62,719 nt of DNA from Polyangiaceae bacterium (GTDB lineage: Bacteria > Myxococcota_A > Polyangia > Polyangiales > Polyangiaceae): NCBI GenBank assembly GCA_033763455.1, contig JANRKO010000051.1, forward strand, positions 1-62,719, written 5' to 3'. Positions within the stretch are counted from its first letter, which is position 1. The number at the start of each line of letters is the position of its first letter. Below the pieces are notes generated by a model. It did not search any database, had not been told where the DNA came from, and worked only from the letters and a program-made list of their open reading frames with translations. The translations under genes were made by a program, and so were the position numbers. Positions 48,533 to 59,319 of the stretch are shown here, in pieces.

Positions 48533-49711
48533 TCAAGCCTTGTAGAATTCAACGGAAGGGCCAGAAAACCCCTTGACTGCATCCACCCGCTGTTGGCGCT
48601 CTTCAGGCGTCCAAGCGTTAGCACTCCGTGCGATGCGCGCGTTTTGCGCTACTTCCTCGGGGCTCTGCATCCCACTGATAACCACGCTTGTTGGTAATGA
48701 CCAAACAAACCCCAAAGCATCCTCCAAAGGGAGCGCCTCTGGAACGATCTTGTTGAAGGCGACGTCCTTACGTGCCCAGCCCACGGCTTTGCCCAAGATC
48801 CGCCCGTACGCCAGCGTTTTCATTGCCAAAACGCCCACGTTGTTCTCGACACAGCGCGGTACGACATTGAGTGCAAAACTCTCATAGTGAGGATCCACCA
48901 CATTGATGGGCATTTGCGCACTGGTGGCCTGTATGCCTCGCTCCTTAAGCAGCGTTAGCATGCGTAGATGTGCCTTGTAGGTGGTATGCCCGGTGAAGCC
49001 AATGTGCCTGACTTTCCCTTCTGCTTGGGCTTTGGCAAAATAGTCGACGACTCCGTCGCGTAGGCGATTCTCGACGTCCTCTTCGCTCGTAAGATCGTGC
49101 ATTTGCCACAGATCCAGGTAATCCGTATTCAGATTGCGTAGAGTGTTCTCAAGCATGGCTTGCACACCTTGCGCGTTTCGCGCGTGGGCCTTGCTCATGA
49201 TGAACGAAACCTCGCGATACTTGGGGACCAGGAATTGCCCGTAGCGCTTCTCGCTGGCACCATCTCCGTACATCGCGGCCGTATCGAAGAAGCGGATGCC
49301 GTGTTCGATGGCGGCCTCAATCACTTGCTGCCCCATGCTTTCGCCAACATCCAGCACATGGGCACCGCCTACTCCCAACATGGTAACGGCCGGGCCGTTG
49401 GGACCGAGCATGCGCTGTGGCAGCAACGCCCCAAATTTATCGGCCGTTGGTATTGGCTGTGCTGCCACACCCGCTGCCTCGGGCGGGCTGCCCTGCACCA
49501 GAGTTGCCGCTTCAGGCTTAGCCCCGGTTTTAGGCGTAGAAGGTGCCCGAGTCGACGCTTGGTTGTTACCACAGCCAACAGCTGAAGGCACCAAGATGGC
49601 CGTGGTGAGTGCACCAACAGCGTGCCAAGCTTCGCGGCGCGAGACGGCCTTCGATGCATCGTGTGTTCCAGCTTGGGGGCGCAGGCTAGCCATAGGTACC
49701 TCGGCGCTCAC
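48533..49711 (-). CDS. Aldo/keto reductase with Tat-like signal
   Basis: SRREAW..GC signal; FDTAAMYG, DYLDLWQMH, IGFTGH and AMK motifs. Confidence 0.9.
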   Translation of the reverse strand: MSAEVPMASLRPQAGTHDASKAVSRREAWHAVGALTTAILVPSAVGCGNNQASTRAPSTPKTGAKPEAATLVQGSPPEAAGVAAQPIPTADKFGALLPQRMLGPNGPAVTMLGVGGAHVLDVGESMGQQVIEAAIEHGIRFFDTAAMYGDGASEKRYGQFLVPKYREVSFIMSKAHARNAQGVQAMLENTLRNLNTDYLDLWQMHDLTSEEDVENRLRDGVVDYFAKAQAEGKVRHIGFTGHTTYKAHLRMLTLLKERGIQATSAQMPINVVDPHYESFALNVVPRCVENNVGVLAMKTLAYGRILGKAVGWARKDVAFNKIVPEALPLEDALGFVWSLPTSVVISGMQSPEEVAQNARIARSANAWTPEERQQRVDAVKGFSGPSVEFYKA

Positions 49712-49763
49712 TTTGCCTCGACTTCAACTTCAAGTCGAGAGCGGTCGTAGTTCTCGTCGCAGT

Positions 49764-51101
49764 CTATTTGTTCACAAGCGAGGTCACGTAGGTGTGGATC
49801 TCTTCGCGATGAGCGTCGGACAGCTGCGTAAATTCGAGGCCGACGGCCGAGGCCATGCGCGCACTTCGCACCCAGCGCCCTTTTACCGGGACGCGGACTA
49901 CGCGGCCGCTTATGGGTAAAGCGAACTCTGCAGCGGTGAGGAGTTCGGGCTTGCACGCGAGCGGCAGCAACACCAGCAAACCGCCTTCGGAAAGATCCTG
50001 GTTACGTCCTGAGAACTGGACGCCATCCAGCTGGATGGCGGTGACTGGCGTGACGTACGGTGCACGCGCGAAGCGTCGCTGCGGGCCTTTGGCGCCAGTT
50101 ACCTCAGCCGCAGGGCGTATACCTAAAAGGGATTCTTCCGGCGATGGGAGCTTGGCTGCTATTGCGGCAAGTGCGTCCCCGAGCTTGCCCGCGTCTGCGA
50201 AGCGCGCGCTCGCGTCTTTTTCGATGCAGCGCGCCACCAGTCGCTCGACGTCCTCGGGGACCTCGACGCCGTTTTCCCGCAGGGCAGGGGCGTGTGACTG
50301 GTGAACTTTGAGTAGTACCTGCCCAAAAGTGCCCTCAAACGGCACAGCTCCGCTCAGGCACTCATACAGGCTGATGCCGAGCGCATACACGTCAATCCTG
50401 GGATCGGGATCGGTGCTGCCCAGCAATTGCTCAGGCGCCATGTATTCGGGGGTCCCGATAAGGGCACTTTGGTGCGTGATGCGCTGACCTTCTTCAGCTT
50501 CACTCAGGCTTGTGGTTCCGTAATCCAGCATCTTGAGGATCTCTTCGCCCTCCTCGGTATGGACCACGAACGCGTTGCCGGGCTTCACATCTCGGTGAAC
50601 GAGCCCGAGCCGATGCATGCGACCCACGGCTGCCGCCATTTGTTGTGCTACCCATATCGCCTCTTCGGTTTTCAGACGTTTGCGGCTTGCCAAAAGTCCA
50701 TCGAGCGAGCGCCCGTCGAGTAGTTCCATTACCAAGTAGGGTCCACCGGCTTCGCTTATCCCCGCGTCCAGAACTTCGACGACATTGCGGTGGCGCGCAA
50801 TGGTCAGCGCCTGCGCCTCGCGCAATAGCCGTTCGCGATGTTCAGCGCTCACCAAGTACTGACTGGTGAGTAGCTTGATGGCTACGGGGCGCTTGGTGAA
50901 CTGGTGAACTGCTTGAAACACTGCTCCGCCTCCCCCGCGCGCAATCTCGCGATTGAGCGCGTAGCGACCATCGACAATGTCTCCGACTTTGGGATCTGTG
51001 AGGAGTGCCACGGGTTGGTTGGGAAGAGGGCTTCCGAGGGATACGGATCCTTCCGCCCTCTGCCGAAGGGGCCAGACGCTAATGCCCCACAAATGTTTCA
51101 A
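49764..51101 (-). CDS. Ser/Thr kinase-PilZ fusion
   Basis: HRDVKPGN and GTPEYMAPE kinase motifs; C-terminal RRFAR and DLSEGG PilZ motifs. Confidence 0.9.
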   Translation of the reverse strand: MKHLWGISVWPLRQRAEGSVSLGSPLPNQPVALLTDPKVGDIVDGRYALNREIARGGGGAVFQAVHQFTKRPVAIKLLTSQYLVSAEHRERLLREAQALTIARHRNVVEVLDAGISEAGGPYLVMELLDGRSLDGLLASRKRLKTEEAIWVAQQMAAAVGRMHRLGLVHRDVKPGNAFVVHTEEGEEILKMLDYGTTSLSEAEEGQRITHQSALIGTPEYMAPEQLLGSTDPDPRIDVYALGISLYECLSGAVPFEGTFGQVLLKVHQSHAPALRENGVEVPEDVERLVARCIEKDASARFADAGKLGDALAAIAAKLPSPEESLLGIRPAAEVTGAKGPQRRFARAPYVTPVTAIQLDGVQFSGRNQDLSEGGLLVLLPLACKPELLTAAEFALPISGRVVRVPVKGRWVRSARMASAVGLEFTQLSDAHREEIHTYVTSLVNK

Positions 51102-51163
51102 AAACGGGCCGATTCGGGGGCCGGGCTCTATGGCTGCGCAGCGTATGCTAGGGGTCTGGCGTT

Positions 51164-52525
51164 ATGGCCGTACAGCTGAGGTTTTTAGGCGCTACCGACA
51201 CCGTCACCGGATCGCGCACTTTAGTCGAAAGTGGGAGCGCCCGAATTCTGATCGATTGCGGGCTCTTCCAGGGTTACAAGAAGCTCCGGGAGCGCAATTG
51301 GCTCCCCCTTTCCGTGGAGCCAAACCGCATTGACGCGGTGGTGTTGACGCACGCGCATATCGATCACTCGGGCTACCTGCCTCGTCTGGTGAAGCTCGGA
51401 TTTGGTGGACGTATCTTTTGCACACCAGGTACCCAACAACTCCTAAAGATCTTGCTGCCGGATTCTGGCTATCTGCAAGAGGAAGAGGCACGCTTTGCCA
51501 ACCGGCACGGCACCAGCAAGCACCAGCCAGCGTTACCTCTCTTCACACGCGAAGAGGCGGAGGCGGTGCTGCGCTACGTTGTGCCTATCAATTTCTCGAC
51601 ACCGTTCGAGCCCGCTTCGGGGATCCGGGCAAGCTATAGTAGGGCGGGTCATATCTTGGGTTCGGCAAGTTTGGCGCTTCAGGTAGAAGGCACCCGCATC
51701 ACATTTACTGGAGACGTTGGGCGCTCTCTAGATCCAATCATGCGCCCGCCCGCACTCCTTGAACCCATGGATGTCCTTGTGACCGAGTCCACCTACGGAG
51801 ATCGAAGGCACCCCTCAGATGACGTTGAGACGGAGTTGGCGAAAGTGATCGTCGAAACGGGGGCGCGTGGCGGAGTTGTACTGGTGCCGTCTTTTGCGGT
51901 GGGGCGAGCGCAGCACCTCTTGCATCTGATGGCTCGCCTAAAATCAGCCGGAACCATCGGCGACGTTGCGGTGTTTTTGGATAGCCCTATGGCCGTAAAC
52001 GCCACCAACATCTTTGCCCCCCACCAAGATGAACACCGCCTTTCACCGGCTGAGTGTCGCGCCATGTGCGAAGGGGTTACTTTCTGCGTTACAGCCGATC
52101 AATCCAAAGAGATTGCTCAGAAGCGTGGCCCCAAGGTGATTATTTCGGCCAGTGGCATGGCCACCGGGGGTCGAGTATTGCATCACCTACAAGCCTTGCT
52201 GCCGGATCGCCGGAATACCGTGTTGTTCGTTGGGTTTCAGGCTGCGGGCACACGAGGGCGGTCGCTCCTTGATGGTGCCGACGAGGTCAAGATATTCGGC
52301 AAATATGTCCCCGTTCAGGCACAGATCCGCAAAGCGGAGGGCCTCTCGGCTCATGCGGACTACGCCGAGCTCCTGGATTGGTTCGGGGCCAGCAAGATTG
52401 CTCCACGTCGAGTGTTGGTGAATCACGGCGAGCCAGCTGCGGCGGACGCGTTTCGGCGGCGTGTCAAAGATCGTTTCGGTTGGCAAACAGAGGTTGCCGA
52501 CGAGAGTACCACCTATTCTGTGTAG
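51164..52525 (+). CDS. MBL-fold beta-CASP ribonuclease-family protein
   Basis: THAHIDHSG, AGHILG, ESTYG, SFAVGR, SASGM and SAHAD motifs. Confidence 0.92.
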   Translation: MAVQLRFLGATDTVTGSRTLVESGSARILIDCGLFQGYKKLRERNWLPLSVEPNRIDAVVLTHAHIDHSGYLPRLVKLGFGGRIFCTPGTQQLLKILLPDSGYLQEEEARFANRHGTSKHQPALPLFTREEAEAVLRYVVPINFSTPFEPASGIRASYSRAGHILGSASLALQVEGTRITFTGDVGRSLDPIMRPPALLEPMDVLVTESTYGDRRHPSDDVETELAKVIVETGARGGVVLVPSFAVGRAQHLLHLMARLKSAGTIGDVAVFLDSPMAVNATNIFAPHQDEHRLSPAECRAMCEGVTFCVTADQSKEIAQKRGPKVIISASGMATGGRVLHHLQALLPDRRNTVLFVGFQAAGTRGRSLLDGADEVKIFGKYVPVQAQIRKAEGLSAHADYAELLDWFGASKIAPRRVLVNHGEPAAADAFRRRVKDRFGWQTEVADESTTYSV

Positions 52526-52567
52526 CGATTTTGGACTTGCCCACTGCAGCTGTTCTCGATAACCCTG

Positions 52568-53398
52568 ATGGAGCGCCCAATGAGCCAGATGGAAGAGGAG
52601 ACGGAGGTAGCTGTTTCACCGCGTCATTCGGTGCGCCTTGAGCCGGAATACGTTGCGTGGGTGAAGCGGGCGCCCCGGCAGGATTTCGTGGTGCGCACGA
52701 TCACTCGGCGAGAGGCGAATGGTTTGCCCTTGATGTCGGCGGACATTGTGATCGCTGGTGAAGAAACCCGCGCGATGTTTCCGCTTGCAGCTCAATATCC
52801 GTTGCACTTCCGCAAGACGTACTTTCCTGGGCGCCTACACGGGGACCCAAAGACCGAGTTTGATAGGCAATCCGAGGCCAGCCAAATCCTCGGCTTACCG
52901 CCGCCCATCGGCCACACGCCCTCTGTGTTTCGGAGCTGCCTCCTGCCCGGCACTCCGTACAGTCGCTTAACGCCATTCGGCAATGAGCCCGTAGAAAGCA
53001 ACGTGCCGGTAGCGCGCAAGCTTCACCTTGCCACAGCAGCTGGCCTTTGGATGTTATTGGAGCAGGCGTTTCTGAGCCTACAGCGGTTACAGGCCGCGGG
53101 GCTTTCGCATGGCGACGCGGAGCTCCACAACCTCATTGTGTGCCCTGCGCCGCTGGAAGCCTTGCTGATCGATTTCGAGGCGTCAGCCCGGCGTGAGGAG
53201 TTCGAGCCTGCAATGTGGTCTAAGCGCTGCGAGGCAGACTACGAGCCGCTGTTGCGGGAAGCCGTGTACTTGCAGTGCGCATTGGGGCGTCAGCCGGGCC
53301 GGCTCGGGCAACATGCGATTGAGCTTTTGGATTCGCTTTTCAAGAATCCCGGGCGTTTTCGCCAGGAAATTGGCGCTCAAACCGCGCCTTTGGCCTGA
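52568..53398 (+). CDS. Atypical kinase-fold (phosphotransferase-like) protein
   Basis: HGDAELHN catalytic-loop-like motif and LIDFE motif. Confidence 0.6.
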   Translation: MERPMSQMEEETEVAVSPRHSVRLEPEYVAWVKRAPRQDFVVRTITRREANGLPLMSADIVIAGEETRAMFPLAAQYPLHFRKTYFPGRLHGDPKTEFDRQSEASQILGLPPPIGHTPSVFRSCLLPGTPYSRLTPFGNEPVESNVPVARKLHLATAAGLWMLLEQAFLSLQRLQAAGLSHGDAELHNLIVCPAPLEALLIDFEASARREEFEPAMWSKRCEADYEPLLREAVYLQCALGRQPGRLGQHAIELLDSLFKNPGRFRQEIGAQTAPLA

Positions 53399-53435
53399 GC
53401 CAAAGAAAAATCTCAGTTCTGCTTCCGCCTACACC

Positions 53436-53468
53436 AAAGAAAAGGGGCCGGACTTTCGTCGCGGCCCC
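53436..53468 (-). terminator. Intrinsic terminator downstream of the GSIII gene
   Basis: GGGGCC-GAC/GTC-GGCCCC stem followed by TTTTCTTT on the minus strand. Confidence 0.7.
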
Positions 53469-53496
53469 GATCTTCGAGGGTGTCTCGGGTCCGCTA

Positions 53497-55656
53497 TTAG
53501 CGGATGAACAGCATCTCTTGGTACGTGGGAAGAGGCCAGAGGTCGTCTGCCACAACACCTTCAAGCGCGTCCGCAGCGGAGCGCACTGCCAGCATGGCCG
53601 GTAGTACTTTGTCTCGGAGGTGCTGGCACTCCGCCAGCAGCGAAGCGCTGCTGTGGGCTTCTGCCGCCGCGAGCACGCCAAGGTTCTCTTCGAGCTTGGT
53701 GATGAACGCGGTTACTTCGTTTGCAAGCGAGGTGCTAGTGCTAAGGCCCGCCGCCTTTGCGGCGACGATACCCTCGGCGAGGCTGTGTTGATAACGCAAA
53801 GCGGCCGGAAGGATCTGCGTCTTTCCGATCTTCGTTACAAGCTTTGCTTCCACGTTCACGGTCTTTACGTACTGCTCAAGATAGATCTCGTAGCGGCTGT
53901 GAAGTTCACGCGGTGTGAGCACGTTGTACTTGTCGAACAGCTTGGCAACTTCCGGATCGTTGAGCACAGGAAGCGCGTCGGCCGTGGTGCGGAGGTTTGG
54001 CAACCCTCGTTTTTCGGCCTCAGCGTGCCACTCGGCGGAGTACCCATTGCCATTGAAGACGACCGCCGAATGCTGGTTGGCAATTTCGGTGAGGAGGCCG
54101 GAAATGGCAGCATTGAGCGTCTTTCCACTAGCGATGGCAGCTTCGAGCTTGGTGGCGATGTAGTCCAACGATTCTGCCACGATGGTGTTGAGCGCGATGA
54201 GTGGCCCAGCAATGGACTGCCCACCACCCACCGCACGGAACTCGAAGCGATTGCCGGTGAAGGCGAACGGGCTCGTACGGTTGCGGTCCCCGGGGTCCTT
54301 CGGAAGCTTCGGCAGAGTGTCCACGCCGATTTCCAGCGTGCCCTTGCTGCGTGAAGACTTCGCGGCACCCGCCTTGATCTGTTCGAACACGTCGGTCAGC
54401 TGGTCCCCGAGGTACACCGAGAGGATGGCTGGCGGAGCCTCGTTCGCGCCCAAGCGGTGGTCATTGCTGGCCGTAGCGATAGAAGCGCGAAGAACGCTAC
54501 CGTACTTGTGCACGCCACGAATCACAGCGCTGCAGAACACCAAGAACTGAGCATTTTCGTGCGGCGTGTCGCCCGGATCGAGCAGGTTGCCCTGCGTGCT
54601 GTTGCCGAACGAGAAGTTCACGTGTTTGCCGCTGCCGTTGACGCCTGCGAAGGGCTTCTCGTGCAGTAAGCATTCGAAACCATGGCGAACTGCCACGCGG
54701 CGCATCACGAACATGGTGAGCTGCTGGTGGTCCGCTGCAAGATTCGCGCTCTCAAACACGGGCGCGATCTCGAATTGGCCAGGAGCCACTTCGTTGTGGC
54801 GGGTCTTTACGGGGACGCCGAGCTTGAACAACTCTTTCTCCACTTCGACCATGTACGCGAGCACGCGCTCGGGAATGGCACCGAAGTAGTGATCTTCAAA
54901 CTCCTGACCCCGGGGAGGGTTCGTACCAAAGAGAGTTCGGCCGGCATTCAAGAGATCTGGGCGTGCCAAGAAGAAGCGGCGATCGACCAAGAAATACTCC
55001 TGCTCGGGACCCGCATAGGCCACAACTTGCGCCGGATTGGCGTGTCCAAACAGCTTCAACACGCGCTGTGCGTGGAGGTTGAGTGCCTGCATGGAGCGAA
55101 GGAGTGGGGTCTTCTTGTCGAGCGCCTCTCCGGTCCAGGAAACGAAAGCTGTGGGAATGTAGAGGGTGGAGTCAACGATATAGGCCGGGCTGGTTACGTC
55201 CCACGCCGTGTAGCCGCGGGCTTCAGATGTCTGACGAATGCCACCGTTGGGAAAGCTAGAAGCATCGGGCTCACCCTGGATCAGTGCTTTGCCCGAAAAT
55301 TCACCGAGCGCGCCGCCTTCACCGTCAGGTGAAAGAAAGGCGTCGTGCTTTTCGGCCATGCCACCAGTGAGCGGTGAGAAAATGTGAGCGAAGTGCGTGG
55401 CGCCGAGGGCTGCGGCCCAATCTTTCATGGCTGAAGCGACGGTATCTGCCACCATTGGGTTGAGCGCCTCGCCTTTGTCCAGAGTGCGCTTGACCGAGCG
55501 AAACACTTCTTTGGGGAGGTGCTTCTTCATTGCCGCAATGCCAAACACGTTGCACCCGAACATTGCGTCGGGTGACTCGGCCGCAGGGGGCAGTGAGGCA
55601 ACCTTTCGGCTGGCTACCTCGGAGATCGCTTGTTTGCGTACGTTGCTTCCCGTCAT
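53497..55656 (-). CDS. glnA: Glutamine synthetase type III
   Basis: 719 aa; [58 protein letters not shown] and WPLPTY motifs. Confidence 0.95.
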   Translation of the reverse strand: MTGSNVRKQAISEVASRKVASLPPAAESPDAMFGCNVFGIAAMKKHLPKEVFRSVKRTLDKGEALNPMVADTVASAMKDWAAALGATHFAHIFSPLTGGMAEKHDAFLSPDGEGGALGEFSGKALIQGEPDASSFPNGGIRQTSEARGYTAWDVTSPAYIVDSTLYIPTAFVSWTGEALDKKTPLLRSMQALNLHAQRVLKLFGHANPAQVVAYAGPEQEYFLVDRRFFLARPDLLNAGRTLFGTNPPRGQEFEDHYFGAIPERVLAYMVEVEKELFKLGVPVKTRHNEVAPGQFEIAPVFESANLAADHQQLTMFVMRRVAVRHGFECLLHEKPFAGVNGSGKHVNFSFGNSTQGNLLDPGDTPHENAQFLVFCSAVIRGVHKYGSVLRASIATASNDHRLGANEAPPAILSVYLGDQLTDVFEQIKAGAAKSSRSKGTLEIGVDTLPKLPKDPGDRNRTSPFAFTGNRFEFRAVGGGQSIAGPLIALNTIVAESLDYIATKLEAAIASGKTLNAAISGLLTEIANQHSAVVFNGNGYSAEWHAEAEKRGLPNLRTTADALPVLNDPEVAKLFDKYNVLTPRELHSRYEIYLEQYVKTVNVEAKLVTKIGKTQILPAALRYQHSLAEGIVAAKAAGLSTSTSLANEVTAFITKLEENLGVLAAAEAHSSASLLAECQHLRDKVLPAMLAVRSAADALEGVVADDLWPLPTYQEMLFIR

Positions 55657-55909
55657 GACGTTTTGGTTTCCTTTTTAGTTGGACCACTCAAACAGATTTG
55701 AGCGAGGATCGTGTGGAGATGGGCTTAGCCCGGCTTTTTTTTCCGGAATGTTTCCGAAAGGTCCCCGGGGTGGATTTTGCCCCAGACGGCCTTGGAACTT
55801 CCGTCGCTATTGCAATAATAACGTCGCCGCTGCAATCGTTCGCGACTTCTTCCCGGGTTTTACCTAGGGAAAGACCCGCCGGTTTCGCCTCCTCGGGCTT
55901 GCCGGAGGC

Positions 55910-57238
55910 TCAGAGCAGCGTTCCGCCGAGAACCACGCGCGCGACGCTGAAATAAATAACGAGGCCCGAGAGATCTACAATCGTCGCCACAAAGGGCGCA
56001 GAGGCACTTGCTGGGTCGAAGCCTAGGCGGCGCAGGAGGAACGGAAGCATTGACCCGCAGATGGTGCCAATGGTCACGACTCCCATCAGGCTGATACCTA
56101 CAGTCGCTGCGATCAGACCGTAATGCTCACCATAATCGTTGAACAACTGCTCCCAAAGAACGATGCGCACGACTCCAACGGCCGCAAGAATGGCACCCAG
56201 GCACACACCGGCCGCGAACTCGCGACGTATAATGCGCCACCAATCGCGTAGCTTCACCTCACCGAGGGCCATGGCTCGGATAATGAGTGTGGAAGCTTGC
56301 GAACCAGAGTTGCCCCCGCTTGAGATGATCAGCGGAATGAACATGGCAAGCACCACGGCTCGGGCTATCTCGCCCTCGTAGCGAGCCATTGCGCTCGCTG
56401 TGAGCATTTCGCCCAAGAAGAGCACGGCGAGCCAGCCTCCACGCTTACGCAACATCTCCAGAAAGGCCGTCTGCAGGTAGGGGGCATCCAGGGCCTCCAT
56501 GCCGCCGAACTTCTGAGCATCTTCGGTGGCCTCTTCTTGGACCACATCTACGATGTCGTCGATCGTGACGATGCCTTTCATGCGGTTGTCATTGTCGACC
56601 ACGGGCAGCGCCAGAAAGCTGTAGTGCTGAAACATGCGCGCAACAGCTTCCTGATCCATCTCCTCGCGCACCGTAACCGGATCGGTGTGCATGATGGCTC
56701 GCACGGGCTGATCCGGGGCGTTAGCGAAGAGCTCGCGAAATGAACAGACGCCGAGAAGATGCTGCTCGGTGTCTAGTACATACGCGTAGTAAATGGTTTC
56801 CAAGTGTGCTCGTGCTTGCCGCTGCAAGTAGCGGATCGCTTCGTCTACGCGGAGTTCGGGCCGCACACGCGCAAAACGCGGGCTCATCAAGCCGCCGGCC
56901 TCGTCTTCGGCATAGGCTAACAGGGCATTTACTTCACGGCGGGTCACATCATCCAGAAGGCTCAGCAACTCCTCGCGAGCTTCCGGTTCTACTTCCTGCA
57001 ATACGTCGGCCGCGTCGTCCGGCGGCAATACCCGCATCCATACTCGGCGTTCGCCTGGGAGCAAGCCCAAGAGAACCTGTGCTTGCCCAAGTGGCGTTAG
57101 GCTTAAAAAGAAGTCGTCATCGTCGGCGGCACCCAGCAACCGAAAGCCAGCCACCCGTTCGCCCGCCGAAAGCGCAGGCCATGCATCGCGCAGCTCTTCA
57201 ATCGTGAGTCGCGCACGGGGGGGATCGGTGAGTGCCAT
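55910..57238 (-). CDS. mgtE: Magnesium transporter MgtE
   Basis: AGGLM, CBS pair, EEATED, SSGGNSGSQ and DPASASAPFVATIVD motifs. Confidence 0.95.
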   Translation of the reverse strand: MALTDPPRARLTIEELRDAWPALSAGERVAGFRLLGAADDDDFFLSLTPLGQAQVLLGLLPGERRVWMRVLPPDDAADVLQEVEPEAREELLSLLDDVTRREVNALLAYAEDEAGGLMSPRFARVRPELRVDEAIRYLQRQARAHLETIYYAYVLDTEQHLLGVCSFRELFANAPDQPVRAIMHTDPVTVREEMDQEAVARMFQHYSFLALPVVDNDNRMKGIVTIDDIVDVVQEEATEDAQKFGGMEALDAPYLQTAFLEMLRKRGGWLAVLFLGEMLTASAMARYEGEIARAVVLAMFIPLIISSGGNSGSQASTLIIRAMALGEVKLRDWWRIIRREFAAGVCLGAILAAVGVVRIVLWEQLFNDYGEHYGLIAATVGISLMGVVTIGTICGSMLPFLLRRLGFDPASASAPFVATIVDLSGLVIYFSVARVVLGGTLL

Positions 57239-57376
57239 GAAGCGGGCGGTCCAGTAGCACGCGGGTGGGGGGGGAGAAAGCCGGATCGGGAAAGCTCGCA
57301 GCGAGGGGGTGGGAGGGCTGGGGTCCCCAGAAAAAAACACGCCATGGTCTCGCTCGGTGAAGCAATTTTTAGATGA

Positions 57377-58027
57377 TCACGGGGGCTCGCATACGCCCCC
57401 AATGGGAGGTGCGCACACCAGATCGCTTGCGCAAGCAAGGAACAAGAAGCCTGCCTCCGAGCTGATCAGCGCACACGCTTCACCGCGTTGGGAGCGGCGC
57501 TCCGTCCCTGTTGCGGTTCCACAAACTGACTGACCGTTAACGTTCTCGCACACCGGGATCGTTGAGGCCCCTGCCTCGCAGACATCGGTCGACTTGCAGG
57601 GGGACCCGGCGGGCATGTACTTCACGCATTGACTACCATAGCAGAACGCTCCGGAAACACAGTCCAACGTATGCTGGCAAGCATCACCAATCTGCGAGTG
57701 ACCTCGAAGCGATCCGCGACAAGGATCTGGAAACGCTTGTTCAGAGATCGGACGCAAGACAGAACCCGTGCCGGCCCCAGGGCAGCCGTACCTCTTGAGC
57801 CAGTTGAGGCATGCGTCGGCACTCACAGGGTCGAAGACAAGGTGGCCGTCGTCCACAAGTCGGAGGAACTCAGGTTGCGGCGGTATTAATCCGCACACCT
57901 GGCTAACGGCGGTGAGAAAAGCCTCGTGGGCTGGCACACTCGCTTCAGTGTTGCCTGCGCACGACAGGCTGCCAAGGGAGGCGCCGACGATCGTGACTAG
58001 AGCGGACAGCTTAGAGTGAATTCCCAT
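57377..58027 (-). CDS. Cys-rich lipoprotein
   Basis: SLSC lipobox, repeated GxxCxxxxDC motifs. Start uncertain. Confidence 0.6.
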   Translation of the reverse strand: MGIHSKLSALVTIVGASLGSLSCAGNTEASVPAHEAFLTAVSQVCGLIPPQPEFLRLVDDGHLVFDPVSADACLNWLKRYGCPGAGTGSVLRPISEQAFPDPCRGSLRGHSQIGDACQHTLDCVSGAFCYGSQCVKYMPAGSPCKSTDVCEAGASTIPVCENVNGQSVCGTATGTERRSQRGEACALISSEAGFLFLACASDLVCAPPIGGVCEPP

Positions 58028-58140
58028 TGGGTATTGTTCGTTGCTCCACAATTAGCCTCAACGTTCACGTAGAGTTGAGTTGATGAACCGGAGTAGAGAA
58101 ACGTTTGCGTGCAGGTGCGTGTGAGGCTCGTGTTGCCTTC
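57997..58140 (-). pseudogene. 3' fragment of an extracellular beta-rich domain gene
   Basis: TQTFLYSGSSTQLYVNVEANCGATNNTQWEFTLSCP looks like a genuine domain end, but upstream sequence is not protein-like. Confidence 0.35.
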
Positions 58141-58527
58141 GCGCAAGGGTCCACAGCAACTGCCCCCTGCGCAGAACGGTCCTGGGGGAGCACCTGGAAG
58201 AACTTGCCGTCGCCAAACAGTAGTTTTGAACACCAGGCGTCCATCTTAATCAGCATACCCGGCCCCTCCATTGTCAGGCCAATTCGCGTATACTGAGCTG
58301 CGGCACGCTTGGCAAGCGAAGCGTGTTTACATCGCTAGAAGTTTGCCTGTTCGCCAGTTTGGGGCGTGGCGCCGATCTGGCTTAACGGCGGTACGGCCTT
58401 CAGGCTGAGGGTTAGGTGGTACGCAGCTGCAGCAGTTTCTCTGGGGTTCTGTGATTGCACCAATCTTGGTCGCCACGTGCGGTGCTTTCCGCTCTGCACG
58501 GAAGCCGACGCTGGTAAGCTTCTGAGC

Positions 58528-58914
58528 ATGATGCCGATGCTGTTGAGTTTCGCGCACGTGAAGTCCGCAGCAAGGGTGGCGGGGATTGCGTTTGTGGTGT
58601 TGGGGCTGTCAAGGTTGAGCGAAGCGCCGGGCTTGATCGCCGTAGCGCGGCAGACGTGTGACCTGCCATCTGGCACAATTCACGAAGGTCCGCGATGTCC
58701 GGAAGTCCTTTGGGCAACGTGGTACGCCGTGGCTGCGGTGTCGCTCACGGCGTTCGGTAGCGGACTCGTCACGGCACGACGCCGTTGGGTGGCGTGGAGT
58801 CTACTCGCCATTTCACTGATGTGGTTCTTGCATTTCCTGGCTCCGTATTTTCCCGGTTATCGGTTTGCGCTCGCGAGAGGCTACTTCTACGCCATGGAGC
58901 CTGTCATCATGTAG
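58528..58914 (+). CDS. Small membrane protein
   Basis: About 3 hydrophobic segments; TGgTAAGCT 7 nt before ATG 58528. Confidence 0.5.
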   Translation: MMPMLLSFAHVKSAARVAGIAFVVLGLSRLSEAPGLIAVARQTCDLPSGTIHEGPRCPEVLWATWYAVAAVSLTAFGSGLVTARRRWVAWSLLAISLMWFLHFLAPYFPGYRFALARGYFYAMEPVIM

Positions 58915-58985
58915 GGAACCCCAGCTGTGTCTAGAATTCCAGTGATGCGATGGACGACTTCTTCAGGTGTCTCGGCGGATGCCAT
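58887..58985 (-). pseudogene. Nucleotidyltransferase N-terminal stub (32 aa)
   Basis: MASAETPEEVVHRITGILDTAGVPYMMTGSMA* is the typical start of a NTase (GIPYMxTGS). Overlaps the upstream small gene. Confidence 0.7.
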
Positions 58986-59208
58986 AGAGTTCGAAGGCTA
59001 GCTGTTTGCGAGCGCCAAGCTCGTCGAGCTCGGGGTGATGAGCCCGGATCCGAGTCAGGGCTTGCTGCCGGAACATTTCGCTCATGCTGAGCGCCAAGCG
59101 GAGGCGCTCAACTCCGGACATTCTGCGGTGAACCTCCGTCTGGATTCGCTCGGCTTCTTCACTGGCATCGCGGGCCACTCCGGCGTGTTTAGCACGAACC
59201 AACGGCAC
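58963..59208 (-). CDS. Small helical protein of the type usually encoded upstream of a nucleotidyltransferase
   Basis: RRMSGVERLRLALSMSE...IRAHHPE...LYG; 3' end overlaps the NTase stub start. Confidence 0.65.
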   Translation of the reverse strand: MPLVRAKHAGVARDASEEAERIQTEVHRRMSGVERLRLALSMSEMFRQQALTRIRAHHPELDELGARKQLAFELYGIRRDT

Positions 59209-59319
59209 GGGTCAGCTCTTGCTCTCTGACGTGGCTAATGCCACGCTGAAGCATTAGGTTTTCATGACTTCCATCTCCTGCTCAGCTCAGGGTCGGCCTG
59301 AGGTCAGACGAACCACTGC

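Noticed and set aside
55792..55808. sigma54-like TGGAAC-N5-TCGC near the GSIII gene
   Set aside because: It is on the plus strand, pointing away from the minus-strand glnA gene.
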